Source: Octopus sinensis
Taxonomy: Eukaryota
Direction of reading: 5' to 3'
Assembly: GCF_006345805.1 (NCBI RefSeq)
Contig: NC_043019.1
Location: 15,871,360-15,935,359, forward strand
DNA: 64,000 nt
The translations under genes and the position numbers were made by a program. The stretch's first letter is position 1; every line of letters starts with the position of its first letter. Below, piece after piece: positions 13,411 through 26,658 of the stretch. Under the pieces are notes generated by a model. It was not told the DNA's origin and ran no database searches. It saw only the letters and a list, made by a program, of their open reading frames with translations.

Positions 13411-13993
13411 TCTGCTTAGGGAACGCTGCAAATTGACTCGATGTGTTTACACTTTTCTGTCAACAGCAAGAAATTTTCTCCAAGAGAAAATAATGGTGAA
13501 TGGCTTTCTTACAGGTTTGAATATGTTTCAAGAATATTTAAACTGCTAACAAATATATATATACAAATACATACATACACATTTATACATGCAAGTGTGT
13601 GGTGTATGCATGTTGCTTCCATGTGCTGTTAATACTGATTGAATAAAAGCGATGTCCTTGTTTACAATCTCTGGTTAGCAAAAGTGCTATAGTTTTTACA
13701 CCTCCATTGCTTTCCATGCACATGGGACCAATTGGATATGAAAGCACCTTACTTAGAAAACAGGTAATACACTGCCTTTGCGTCAATTAATTTTGAAAAT
13801 AACGAAGAATTTAGTAACATAAATTAGTTATTATCGAGCTGGTGAACGGAACATAAATTAACATAAAATTTTAAAACAAGGTTTGTTTGTTTGTTTTATC
13901 TCAAAACCAAGGATGGCCTTAGGTTGGTTGGTTTCAAAAGGGTTGACATGTGTATATGTATCATATATATGTAAATACCTATCTATAGGTGTG

Positions 13994-14041
<48 letters not shown>

Positions 14042-14088
14042 TATATATACATATACACATATGTAAATACAGATATATGATATATAAA

Positions 14089-14553
<465 letters not shown>

Positions 14554-17081
14554 ATAGTCAGGAAGGGGTTAATTACTGAGGTCAACAACCTCTCCTTCGT
14601 TGTCCACCTCTTCTTCATGACTAGAACCGAACAAGTCGTCATTACATCAATGTCACCATCGTTACCGCCGCCACCGCCACAACCGTCACCATCAACTTTT
14701 TGAAATCCCATTGCAATCAGTGAGAGAGAGAGAGAAAAACACCCACCCACACAAACACACATACAGTCGCATTGTACATGTTTACTAATCTTCCTCCTCC
14801 AAGAGAGTTCACACACCGTTTACAATCAAAGTTGGAATCTGGGAGAAAAAGCCACGCTTCTATCTTCGCTAATCTAATAACGCTTTAAACCATTTCAGCA
14901 GATAATGTCATTTTAGCTTCTTGTTTTAACGAGGAAATACAGACAGTAATCAGTAATTTCAGTGGATTATTTATAACTATGAGATGAGGAATTCTGATTT
15001 AGTGGGAAGGGAGGCTGGGGCTATTACTTGTGATGGAGCTTATAACCGGAGAATCAATGATGGGAGAAAGATATCTCTGGGTAGAGATAGAATACCTGGC
15101 TTCTATGATTGATGGATAGAATCAGATTATTGGAAGATAACAAGAAAACAGGAATAATTTTCAGAAAAACATTGATTCTGAAGGCTTGTTTTATCATTTA
15201 ATAATAAGCAAAGGTATGGTTGTATGTTTAAGAAGCTTGCTTCTTAACAATGTTTTGGGTTCGATCCCACCATGTGGCACTTTGGACAAGTGTTTTTTTT
15301 GTTTTTTTATATTATAGCCCAAAGTCTACCAATGGACCCAGTGAATGGATTCAGTAGATGGAAACTGGAAGCATGAGTATCTTTGTCTTGATATCATGAG
15401 ATGGTGGTAAATGAGCATTATCATCATACAAGCAATTTTGTTCATTTCTTGTCGCCTATGAAAAATATGTTTGGCCATGGGGGAAATATTACCTTGCTTG
15501 GAAATAGATGAAGGCAGATGATGCAAAGGACACCTGGCTATAGAAAATCTGCCTCAACAAATTCTGCTTTACCCAAACAAGCATGGGGAAATGGATGTTA
15601 AATGATGATGCTGATGAAGATTTCTAACATCGGCAAAAGGGCTGGACTCAAGACACAACCAGTATAGTCAACTGAATTGACTCGGGATTAGAACTCAGAA
15701 AATCAGGGGCCATGAGTAAATATTGCTAAGAAGGCATTTGGTCCAATTCTCTATCCGTTTTACCAACCCTCCACTCCTGTACAAGATCTCAAACCCTGGG
15801 AGTGCAGCATATCTATCTTTTACTTGTTTCAGTCATTGTACTGCGGCCATGCTGGGGTTTTAGTTGAACTAAAGTGACCGCCAGTACCTAATTCTTTAAA
15901 GTTTGGTATTTATTCTATCAGTCTCTATTGCTGTACCACTAAGGTGGTTATCTACAAAGTTACATTAGTTGTCAAGTGATGGTGGTAATAATGGGGGCAC
16001 ACACACACACACAGAGGCTTCAACAGTTTCTGTTTACCAATTTCACTTACAAGAAATTGGTTAGCTAGAAGAAGACACTTGCCCAAGGTGCCACACATGG
16101 AGACTGAACCCCAAACCACAACACAGCCTTGACTTTCTTTACAGAGTAGGAGTCTACTGATGAGGGACAACAATGAGCAGAACAGAACATCTCTTCAAAT
16201 AGGAGTTAACCTGTTTATTCAACCTGCAAGAAATAGCAACCAAATCTCACTTGAATCGCAACCTACTGGTTTGAGAAAGGACAATTACAAATCTAATCCT
16301 AAATACACTATGTTTGAATGTAAATTATGTGGGCTGGTTAGTTCTACAACCACCACTACTAACAACTACTATAGTCACCACTATTAACTACAGCCAAGCA
16401 CTGTTGCTAACTACCACAACTATTGCTACTAAACTACTCCAAAAGCTATTTCAGCCCCTACTATAAACGACTACAGCCACATGTACTAATGACTTTGACC
16501 CCTGACTACTAATTATGATGAAAACTACTCTATCTCCCTCTACTAATTACTGTTGCAACTTGCCCTTTGTTGTACATGGACAAGACACTGTTTCTAATAG
16601 GTAGACTTAAAGCCCGTACCAGCATTTTATCATGGCTGGTGCCATGCCACAAAGGGAGCTGCATTAAAGACCAACATGATCGGCTGAAGCAAGTTCTGCT
16701 TGACTGCCTCACATGTACATCAAGAGATGTTCATGATGTCTCTCTCACCCAACCAGGAGGGGTTTTCCCTCCAAGACTCCCGGATTTTTAATGTGGATTG
16801 AACCACAGTCTACAACCAGAGACCCGGTGAGCTTGGATCATGTGTGAGCCAAGAGGTAGCCTTGCTATGGAGTAGGCATCTCATAACCACAGAGAAACAC
16901 ATCGGACTAAGCTGAGTAGTGGTTTGCACTACTAAATTTTATAAATCATCACTTCTAATGAATACCTCCCACTCTACCATTGACTATGAGTCAGAAAGTA
17001 ATGCAGATAAAAACTGCTTTGTTTTCTGACTCACCCCCTGTACAAAAACTACCACAGAACCCACCAGCTATCTTACTATAA

Positions 17082-17411
17082 CAGCAGCTCTCAACCAGGT
17101 CCCTAAAAAAATTTTGGGGGTCCATGCAAGCAAAATAGAAAATTGGGGATACACAGTAGTATATTAAGGGTCCATGAAAACATTTGATTTAGATGTGTTT
17201 ATTTTAGGAAAACAGCTAAATTTCTTTCTCAAACATTTTACATAGTTCAACCTACACAAGTTAACGTGCAGAAAACAAAATAGGAATTTTAAAAGAAATA
17301 TCTATAAAACTAGCTATTAAACACTGAATGGTTATGGGGGTTCACCAGAACAGAATTGTAATTAAAGAGGTCCACAGGTAAAAAAAAAAAAAAATTGATT
17401 GAGAACCACTG
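17082..17411. mobile_element. hAT (Charlie-like) MITE
   Basis: Termini CAGCAGCTCTCAACC ... GATTGAGAACCACTG; 8-bp TSD TACTATAA/TACAATAA (7 of 8 match). Confidence 0.85.
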
Positions 17412-18840
17412 TACAATAATCACTATTTACTACTAAAATCATCAATACTAATTATTTACTATTACAACTAACACTACTAACTAACTATAGCCACCAATAC
17501 TAACCACCAGAGCTTTTATAACCAGCAACTTAAAATAGCTGCTGCAATGTATGTGTGTGTATGAGTTCGTTTGTGCGTAAACATATCACACTCACATTAA
17601 CGTAGCTAATTGTGCCTTCCATATTATTCATATCTCAGCCAGCATGTAAACATACTTAACAGTGCAGGACCACATAACTTGATCCAAATAACTCGATACA
17701 AAAGAAAATATTTTAAAAATTAAATGAATAAATAAAAAATTTGCTTAACCCACTTGACAACAAACGGCCCACCTTCGGCTCTTTCATACAGTAAAATGTG
17801 TTGTTTTTGAAGAGTTCATACTGAAATTAAAAACCTCCCGCCTCAGTGTTACAAAACACTTTTTTTTTGTTAAAGAATATTCAAGTAATTTGCTAGTTAG
17901 TGGGGGGGGGGGATATCTTTTGATGTCATGAAAGTTTAGTGCATAAAATGTTTACATACACTAAATAGCAAACATAAAATACATATGTACACTCTTATAC
18001 ACATACATAAATACACATATGTATACATATGTTGATGTACACACATACAAATATACATATATATATATATACGCACACACATACACAAACACACATATAC
18101 ATATACACACACACATACAAATACATAAATGTATAATACAAACACACATAGCCAAAGCAACAACTACATACACTATCATTACCATCATCACTTTAACATC
18201 CACTTTTTCCATGCTTACATGAATCAGGAAAAAACAAAGGCCAGGCAGGTGTTCACGGAAGGCTGCAAATGGATGATGTCACTTCTATAAAATGCACGCA
18301 TGGGTTCGATAAAGTTTACTGAGGCAGACAAACTTTTAACAGCTGGATACCCTTCCCGTTGCCAACCCTTGTTTCCAAGCAAGGTAATATTATTTCCTCA
18401 TGACAAGATGTTAACATGGAAGATTGGAAATGAAGGATACTACTTGCATGGCGGTGACATTTGCTTACAAGAAACATCATGATGCCAAAGCAAGGAGATA
18501 AGAACACACACATACATACTCGAGGGGCTTCTTTTAGTTTCCATCTACCAAATTGACTCACAAAGCTTTGGTCAGTGCAGGGCTCTAGCGGAAAACACTC
18601 ACCCAAATTGCCACTCAGTTAGACTGAACTCAAAACTATGTGGTTGGGAGATAAACTTTTTATCACACAGCAGCATTTTGTGAATGACTGGAAGGAAATC
18701 CAGTACGACTGTTCATACAAATGGAGTTGTCTGTTAGCTACCTTCCATGTCAACAAGTCAGGACAAGGAGGTGGGGAATAAATTACCTTGATTGGAAATG
18801 GATGAGGGTTGACAAGAAGAAGAGATACAGCTGTAAGATG

Positions 18841-19190
18841 TCTTGCAAACAACTTGCATATGCAAGTGCTACCAGTCAAAAACTTTGCATACCAGAAGCC
18901 AGCAAGTGTATGGGGTCATCAGGAGAGAATGCGCACCGTTTCGGGGCCTACCTCTCGACGGCATCAATGTGCACCAGCCCCACTCACTGATATGAAATCC
19001 CACTTGCTAGATCAGCTGGTTATCAAATAAAGCTCAATATTCTTCTAGCCATCGCTCATCGTCTCTTTTTAACCAAATCCAGTGGCGAGCCTTCTCCACT
19101 GTAGTTTGGATATCGGTCATGATGGTATTGACTTTACAATGAGTTAGAAAATAGGCCACAACAAAGTTTTGCTGATTCATACGAGCACAG
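18841..19190 (-). mobile_element. 5'-truncated non-LTR retrotransposon of the restriction-like endonuclease type (HERO-like): ORF C-terminus plus 3' UTR
   Basis: Minus frame reads ...KVNTIMTDIQTTVEKARHWIWLKRDDERWLEEY* (stop 19034-19036). This resembles the 'E(K/R)ASxW(L/I)WLKR..W' C-terminus of HERO-clade elements as recalled. A second copy lies at 43270-43577. Confidence 0.7.
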
Positions 19191-19205
19191 AATAGTAGGC
19201 ATTAA

Positions 19206-19667
19206 CCCTTTAGCAATCAGATCATTTTGTCAAATGTAATGTTTGTTTATTTGCACTGATTTGAATTAATTATGCATTATCTCGTTGAAATTTCAATGGG
19301 TTTTATTCATTTACATGTTTCAGTCATCTGACTGCAGCCATGCTAGAGCACCACCTATTTGTTCATTTTTAAAATGACATTGTAGGATAGGTGCAAGAGA
19401 CTGAATCTGTCCAGTTTTAACATAAAACAAGAATATTTGAGCTGGAAACAGCTGGTTTTATGAAATTACTCTGTCAAATGTAATGTTTATTTATTCACAT
19501 TGTTTTGAATTAAATCATGCATTATCTCGTTAAGATTTCAATAATGTGATTGCTTATTTTTAGAATGGTATTATAGACCAGGTGTGAGAGGCTGGATCTG
19601 GCCAGTTTTAACATAAAAAACAAGTAGAATATTTGAGCTGGATACAGCTGGTTTAAATGCCAAAGGA
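19206..19667. mobile_element. Two adjacent piggyBac-type family 1 MITEs, in opposite orientation to the 5853, 29508 and 56013 copies
   Basis: TTAA|CCCTTTAGCAATCAG ... TAAATGCCAAAGGA|TTAA with a duplicated body. A short SINE-tail fragment is inserted near 19310-19355. Confidence 0.7.
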
Positions 19668-19747
19668 TTAAGATGAAGATGACAGGCAACATAAAAATAA
19701 ACCAAAAACAAGATGGTCAAGGAAGTCCAGAAGGTGCAACAACATAC

Positions 19748-20071
19748 CTGCAATAAGTAATATGATCCGTGTGGCAAGTACGGTCCCATAATCATTCTTC
19801 ACGTAGCAATCATAAACCCCTTCATCATTCCGTTTCTTCCCTTTTTTCCGTCTGTTCAAAACTTGCCGAAAAAACAAGGTGTGATTCTGTAAGACGGAAA
19901 TTCTACCTCGAGGTATAATTGTATTCTCATTCTTCTTCCATACGACAGACCTTGTGTGGACTGTTGACGACACAGAGCAATTTAGAACCAATGGACTATT
20001 TGACTGTGCTATCACTGTGTAAGGTTGTTTGATGATTTCAATACCCGGTTGTATTTCATATCCCAGACCAT
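19748..20071 (-). CDS. Internal exon encoding an I-set Ig domain (likely Ig1) of a protogenin/DCC/neogenin-family cell-surface receptor
   Basis: Acceptor ctttctctcacttctctttgcatctag|AT and donor GCAG|gtatgt; 324 bp, phase 1-1, open frame. Peptide KQPYTVIAQSNSPLVLNC..VVWKKN..RISVLQNHTLFF..DEGVYDCYVKNDYGTVLA carries the Ig C/W/DxGxYxC hallmarks and most resembles protogenin Ig1 (RIEVLSNGSL..DEGFYQCLAMNKYGAIL, from recall). The Ig call is strong; orthology is uncertain. Confidence 0.9.
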
Positions 20072-20355
20072 CTAGATGCAAAGAGAAGTGAGAGAAAGGT
20101 TATTAATTTATATAGGCACATATTGTGTAGCATATAATCATATATTGGATAACAAATACACATGTACATAAACATGCAATGTGTCATATAAATATTTAGA
20201 TTTTAACTATACACAAACACGTGTGTGTGATGACATGTGGATTGCAACAATATTAAATCTAAGGACAAGTGCTAATGGTTGGAAAATGGAGGCGGATTTG
20301 AAGGAAGAACTCATGTTTCCAAATCATATGACAATAACAAATCTAAACCTTAACC

Positions 20356-20588
20356 CGGTAATTCTCAACCATTTTTTTTGGCTATGGACCCCCGTTGATT
20401 CTAATTTTACTAAACTGGACCCACAGAGTCACACTATTTTTATAATTAAATATTAGGAATTGTATTAAAAAAAATTGCTATAATATTTTATGTGTTACAG
20501 AAGTACAACCAATTTATTGCAGAAAAATTTTAACAAAATCTTATATGGAACCCCTAATGGTCACATGGACCCTGGTTAAGAACTACTG
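20356..20588. mobile_element. hAT (Charlie-like) MITE
   Basis: Termini CGGTAATTCTCAACC ... GGTTAAGAACTACTG; perfect 8-bp TSD CCTTAACC at 20348-20355 and 20589-20596. Confidence 0.9.
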
Positions 20589-21782
20589 CCTTAACCTATG
20601 GCATGGATTTGTTGGTACCTTAAGGGCCAAATGGAGCAGGTTGATGAAAGAAAGGGTAAAAAATATGAAGGACTTAGGGATTCATCTGTGGATTATGACA
20701 GTGTACAGTGCCTCCAAAGGAAGTAGGATGTCATAGGTTTGTTGCTAGACTCATAATCTCTTTCGCAGGCAAAAAGTGAAAAAAGATAATAAAACACAGA
20801 TATGCAAACTGCAGAGGAGTGTAGGAAAAGCTTTGTCAAGGACAAAATAGAAATATGTGAAAAGAGGGATAGTGGTTAGGGCTTTACAAGCACAATTGAG
20901 CAATGTATTGTGTTGTTGAACAAAACACTTCATTTGATGTGGCTCCAGTTCACTCAGCTGGCAAAAATGAGTCGCAGCTAGCATCTGATCAGGCGTTGGG
21001 TGTAATCGCAGATGCTAATACACCATGGAAACTAGGCTACGCTCTGGTCTCACAGGTTCTATGGCTCATGAGAAATTAAAAAAATAAGTGAAAGAAAAAC
21101 AAATTCTCAATGTATATAGTAAAACCAAATAGTTGCTGTGAGGTTGGAGTGAAAACAGCTGTACTCAGTGTGGTAGCTACATGGGCAACAGAACAAGAAG
21201 TGTGCAATAGTATCCATTAAATGAACTCTTAACATTCCTGCTGCAAGGGACTACTGTAGGGAATGATACTATCAGAAACTCCTGAAATAATTATCTCCAG
21301 TTGACAAATTGACTAAGTGTATGTAACACACGCACATATACATACATATGTATGAACATGTATCAGGGTGAATTAGGATGTGGTTAGTAAAAAGTTAGTC
21401 CATCATCACTGATGTGGAATGGAATGAGGTAGGTGAGCATGGAGAAGTGACATTAAGACAATAATGATGGCAATGATGATTACTTCAGATAGATTTAACT
21501 GCCATTCGTGGCAAGCTGAGCAGATGGTGGGTCAAAGACACTAGAGTAGTGGTTGTCCCCAGAGTGGAGCTGAGGTATTTGATACTGTAGAGGTGGAGAA
21601 GAAAGGTGGTTCCTCACATTGTGGTACCAGAACATGTGGTGGTACTTCACATACCAGTGAATGGGAATGTTCTTCATTACACACTCTTCTGTTACCTTTG
21701 GTCAATAATGGTTTTCCTTTTTTTATTTTATTTAAGAAGAAGAAAACACGAGGCAGAGTTCATTACTTTACTGGCAACCTAC

Positions 21783-22175
21783 TTTTATCTTTTACTCATT
21801 TTCAGCAACTGAACTGCAACCATGCTTGGGCGCCACCTTGAAAAATTTAGCTGAACAAAATTGACCCCATGTCTCCCCTCCCACCTATTTCTATGTCTGA
21901 TACTTGTTCTATCAGCTTCTTTTGCTGAAAATGTTAAGTTATGAGGACATAAACAAACCAACACCAGTCATCAAGAGTAGGTGGGGGTAACAAAGACACA
22001 CATATAAATATACAATGGGTTTCAACACAGTTTCCATCAACCAAATTCACTCACAAGACAATGGTTAGCCTGGGCCTATAGTAGAAGACACTTGCCCAGG
22101 ATGCCACGCAGTGGGACTGAACCTGAAACCAAGTGATAGCAAAACAAGCTTCTTAACTACACAGCCATGCCTGCA
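21783..22175 (-). mobile_element. tRNA-derived SINE, family A (near full length)
   Basis: Minus strand has the head GCAGGCATGGCTGTGTAGTTAAGAAGCTT, B-box GGTTCAGTCCC, CORE-like GGCATCCTGGGCAAGTGTCTT and tail GGCGCCCAAGCATGGTTGCAG. Dozens of fragments occur window-wide. Confidence 0.8.
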
Positions 22176-22936
22176 TCTAAACCAACTATTTTTCCAAATG
22201 GATCATGACCACCCTCCCTTATAGGACAGTTTACTGCTGACTGCTTTATCCAATGTGTTCATCCTTTTTTCTAATATATGGCCCAGCGAGTGCGATGTGA
22301 GAGACATTTAGCTGTTATATCCAGTGACTGGAGCGATTATACAGAGACTCCCTCATTGGCTCACCTATGGGGTCACACAAGTTCTTTAACTTGATTTAAG
22401 CTTAGACTTTTTGTTTACTCGATGAAACATGCCAATGGGTGTGTTTTGTGTGTGTGTGTTATTGGTGTGAGGTTATGCTTATTGTGAAGGTGGTGTATGC
22501 TTGTGAGTGTGAACATATGTAAAGACAGAGAGAGACTATGCCTGTACTCTAGTTATGAAGGTGGTGGTGAACTACCAAACTGTGATATTTCAACAAAGTC
22601 AATTAACAAAAGACTAACGAGAACATGATTTCATTATAAAACACAGGTCGAAGCTGTCAATAGGGAGTTGGAGAGTGTGTGTGTGTGTGAGAGCGAGCAA
22701 GGGAGTGTGTGAGAGTGCGGTTTGACATAAATATGTGCATATATACACTAATCTATATTATACAATAAATGTAGGTCATCAAATAGGTATGTTTATGTAT
22801 GAATATGTATGTGTGAGTGGGTATGTGTGTTGTGATGAATATCTATATGCGAGATATACATGCACATAAAAAATGTAGGTTATCATATACACACGAGGTG
22901 GTAATTATGTACACACGCTTATACATTACAAACATG

Positions 22937-22940
<4 letters not shown>

Positions 22941-22980
<40 letters not shown>
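22941..22980. repeat. (TA)n microsatellite, representative of many TA/CA/GA/CAT/AAT tracts
   Basis: Pure TA run read directly from the sequence. Confidence 0.95.
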
Positions 22981-22985
<5 letters not shown>

Positions 22986-23066
22986 ACATTATATAAAAGG
23001 GCTTAGTAAAATAAATTACTTTGCCGCATAGTAAAATAAATTAATTAATTTTGCCCTCAATTGTTG

Positions 23067-23103
<37 letters not shown>

Positions 23104-23594
23104 CACACATAAGCATATATATTTATAGAGAAAGAGAGAGACACAAACACATGCGTACATACACATTAAATATGTAGTGTATGTATGCATGTATTTGCCG
23201 GGGGGGGGGGCAAGGGAGAATTGTGCATCAAAACACCATCAATTTAGGTTACCAAATTGATTTTTTCTTTTTTTTTGTTGAAGAAAAAATGGAGAAAATA
23301 AATAATGGAAGGTAATTACTGTATTAGGAGTGATTAGACATATGTGGAGTGCAATGTGTATGTATGTATTATATACACATACACACACATATATATATAT
23401 ATACATTCAATCTATAGATGTCTTGTGCCCCACCCCATCCTTAATTAATATTATGAATATTTACTGAGCCCTGATGAAAAAAAAATCTTTGCCAAGACAA
23501 ATTACCAAGCCTCCTGGAGTACAAGTTAACTTTTGTCATATATGTATCCTATTTATGTATTGAGTGTATGTGTGTATATAAATATATAAATATA

Positions 23595-23625
<31 letters not shown>

Positions 23626-24149
23626 GCATCCACACATATACGTACATATATATACTATCATCATCATCATTTTTATCTTCATTGTTTCCATATTCACAAG
23701 GGTCAGACAGAATTTTTGTCAAGGTTCAATCCCTATAGCCAGTGGATGCCCTTCCTCAAGACATATGAAATGATGTAGGCACAGCTGGGTGGATAAGGGG
23801 TTCACTTCGGAATTATGTGGCTTTAGGTTGTATCTCATTGCACAACACCTTGGCCAAGTTTGTTCTGCTATAGTCTCATATTGATCAAAAACCTTGTGGG
23901 TGAAATTGGTAATTGGAAACTGTATGGAAGACTGTTTTGTGTGTGTGTGTGTGTGTGTGCGTGCACACACATGCATGTGTATGCACATATATGTGTATAT
24001 TTATATATGTATGTGTGTATATGTATATATATTTTATAATAAAATAATTTGGATAAATAAGTATAAGTCAATTGGTGTGTTTAAATGTTGAGTAGAACAC
24101 CGGCACAGTTCAGGCTACCAGCCGACTCTAAAAATCTATAGTGAGACAT

Positions 24150-24213
24150 CTTTATCTATGTACCTGATGAGACCCAGGCTGATGGGTCGAAACATATGTT
24201 GTACCCAATAAAG
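24150..24213 (+). ncRNA. Minimal type I hammerhead ribozyme (Penelope-associated type)
   Basis: CTTTAT-ctat-GTAC|CTGATGA|GACCCA-ggctga-TGGGTC|GAAA|C-atat-G|TT|GTAC-cca-ATAAAG. Perfect core; 6-bp helix II; helix I of 4+6 bp with an internal loop; helix III lies within the perfect palindrome AACATATGTT. Predicted cleavage after U24200 (GUU). Confidence 0.88.
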
Positions 24214-26239
24214 GCTTAATACTGAATCCGTCCCCTGTTAATTAATAGTGTGTGTGTGTGGTATTTAAAAACATAAACTCACACATATGCAGAGGGAAGA
24301 TGTTGAGATGTACACTAATGTACGCATATATACAAATGCAACACACACACACAGACACCCACAATTCATTTTTGTTAATTAATACTTTTTCAAGACAAGA
24401 TTTTATGTCGATATAATTGAACTACAACAACACAAACAAGAACATCAACCGCATTAACTACAATAGTAATGACATCTACAATTATACGATCTTGGTATGG
24501 CAGTAAGAGATGGTGAAGCAGTAAATTAGTTTAGTAGCAGGGTTGCAATGGAGGTGTTAGTGTTGGTGGTAGTATGATAATGTTGTGGCTTAGCTGTAGC
24601 TAAGCCCTAACTGAGAAGGTATATGACATTCCAACTGTGACCATCCTATTGGATTTACGCAGAACTACATCATCCAATTCTTCCTTTCTTACAGAGGGCA
24701 GGGTGCTATTCATGGAGATTTAGCTGCTATCTATGGAGGGCTAAATAAATGACCCCTTGTGCTAGGTCTAGTGGTAATATTGGTGATGCAGTAGCTGTTG
24801 TAGTCCTCAATGGGTCATATTCAAGTCACTGTAGAAGGACGGTATCAGATGTATAAACAGTAGGTATTGAGTGAAGAGTAGATTTCACTGTTATTTCTAG
24901 CATGTTAGACAAACTCCACAACATAAAAGTTCACCTGTGTGTAGGTCAAGGCCAATCAGCTTTGATCAGCTTCAATTAATCAGTCACACATAAGAATATA
25001 GGTTTGTTTACATTTGGTCTTAATGTGGTTTGATTAATATACATACATATTCAGTTACGTCCCTTATATAGTTCGTAGTGCTTGTTATAGAAGTTCATTA
25101 ATTACAAAGATGAGAGATGAAAAAGAATGGAAGGACAAAAAAAGACAAAAAAAAAGGATAATCCCTAACAGAGCCGTCTGTATTGTAAACTGGATGAAAG
25201 GATAGAAAACATTGTTAAATCGAGAATATTGAAATACAAAACTGGAAGTTATACTGAACTAGCTACATCTCCACAGATTTCAATCACACACTAACACTAA
25301 ATATGAGCAGCATGTGTACGCTGACTATGATGACAGCTGCCACCATCAGTTACCATCTTTTTTCAAAGCTGGCATGGCTTGGATGGTTTGACAGGATCTA
25401 GTGAGCCACAGAGCTACGATCAGCTCCAAATACCGGTTTCAACAAGGGTTCTACAGTTGGCTGCCCTTTCTAATGCAAAACCACTTCACAGTGTGCACTA
25501 GGTGCTGTACTTTGTCACTAGTGAGGTTGCCAGGTAACTTGCTAGACAGAAAAAGAACAAGGAAAAGGCCCCTGCTACTAAATGTGGGGATTATTTGAGA
25601 ATGGGAAGGTGGTTTTATGCTAGGTGATGAGAGACTAAAATATGACAGAGAGAAAAGAATGTTATACTATAGAGAAGATCAATGGCTACCCCACATTGCA
25701 TGCAGATGAGTGGGAGTAACTGGGAAGAGGATAAAGATGAGAGTGATGGAGCGCCAGAGCAAATTCTCAAGGTGTATGCTGGAATGGGTTGAATGGTTTC
25801 ACACACACACACATAGATTAGATATTAGCAATGGAAGCAGTATTGTACTAAATAGCAATCTTATATCCTACTTAATGCCAATGTAAAGTAAGAACACCAT
25901 AATATTGTACTGCTCATATTGAAATGTAAAACTTTCATTTCTCTCCTGCCAACTTTTCCCAGAAGGGCCATTCGAAATGCTGGATTTTCTACTCCTCACA
26001 GTACATTCACTGTGCTCTTTAATTTTATTTCATAATATAAGTTTTGCTTATGCAAAACATCTTTGGAATCTGTATGTGTCTCTCTCTCCTCCCTGCAACC
26101 ATCAACTTGCAAACTATTTAAGAGGAGCATCAACTGCATCTATCTCACTAGTTTCTAGGTGTACATTAAAAAGCCTTGGGCACAGCTCATTCCTCCAAAC
26201 TTAAAGAAGAAATACTCTCTCTCACTCCGTAATAACAAT

Positions 26240-26620
26240 TTTGTGTACCACAGGAACAAGGTCTGAAATTTTGTGGGGAGAGGGTTATTTGATCACACTG
26301 ACCCCAGTGCTCAACTGGTACTTAAATATTGCTAAGCATTTTGTTTGGCGTTCTAATGAATCTGCCAGTTGATCACCTTAATAACAACAACAATCCTTTC
26401 TAGCATGCACACAAAGCCTGCAAATTTGGAGGAGGGGGATAGTCAATTGCATCAACACCAGTATTCAACAGGCACTTATTTTATCACCCCTGAAAGGATG
26501 AAGGGCTAAGTCAACCTCAGTGAAATTTGAATTCTCAATGTGAAAATGGACAAGATACTACTTAAGCATTTTGCCTGGCGTGCTGATGATTCTGCCAGCT
26601 TACCACCTTGTTATTATAAC

Positions 26621-26658
<38 letters not shown>

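Noticed and set aside
18905-18950. CGAAAC...CTGATGA on the minus strand as a type II hammerhead
   Set aside because: Helix II strands are CCCC and CCCC (not complementary), with no helix I or UH; better explained as LINE 3' UTR.
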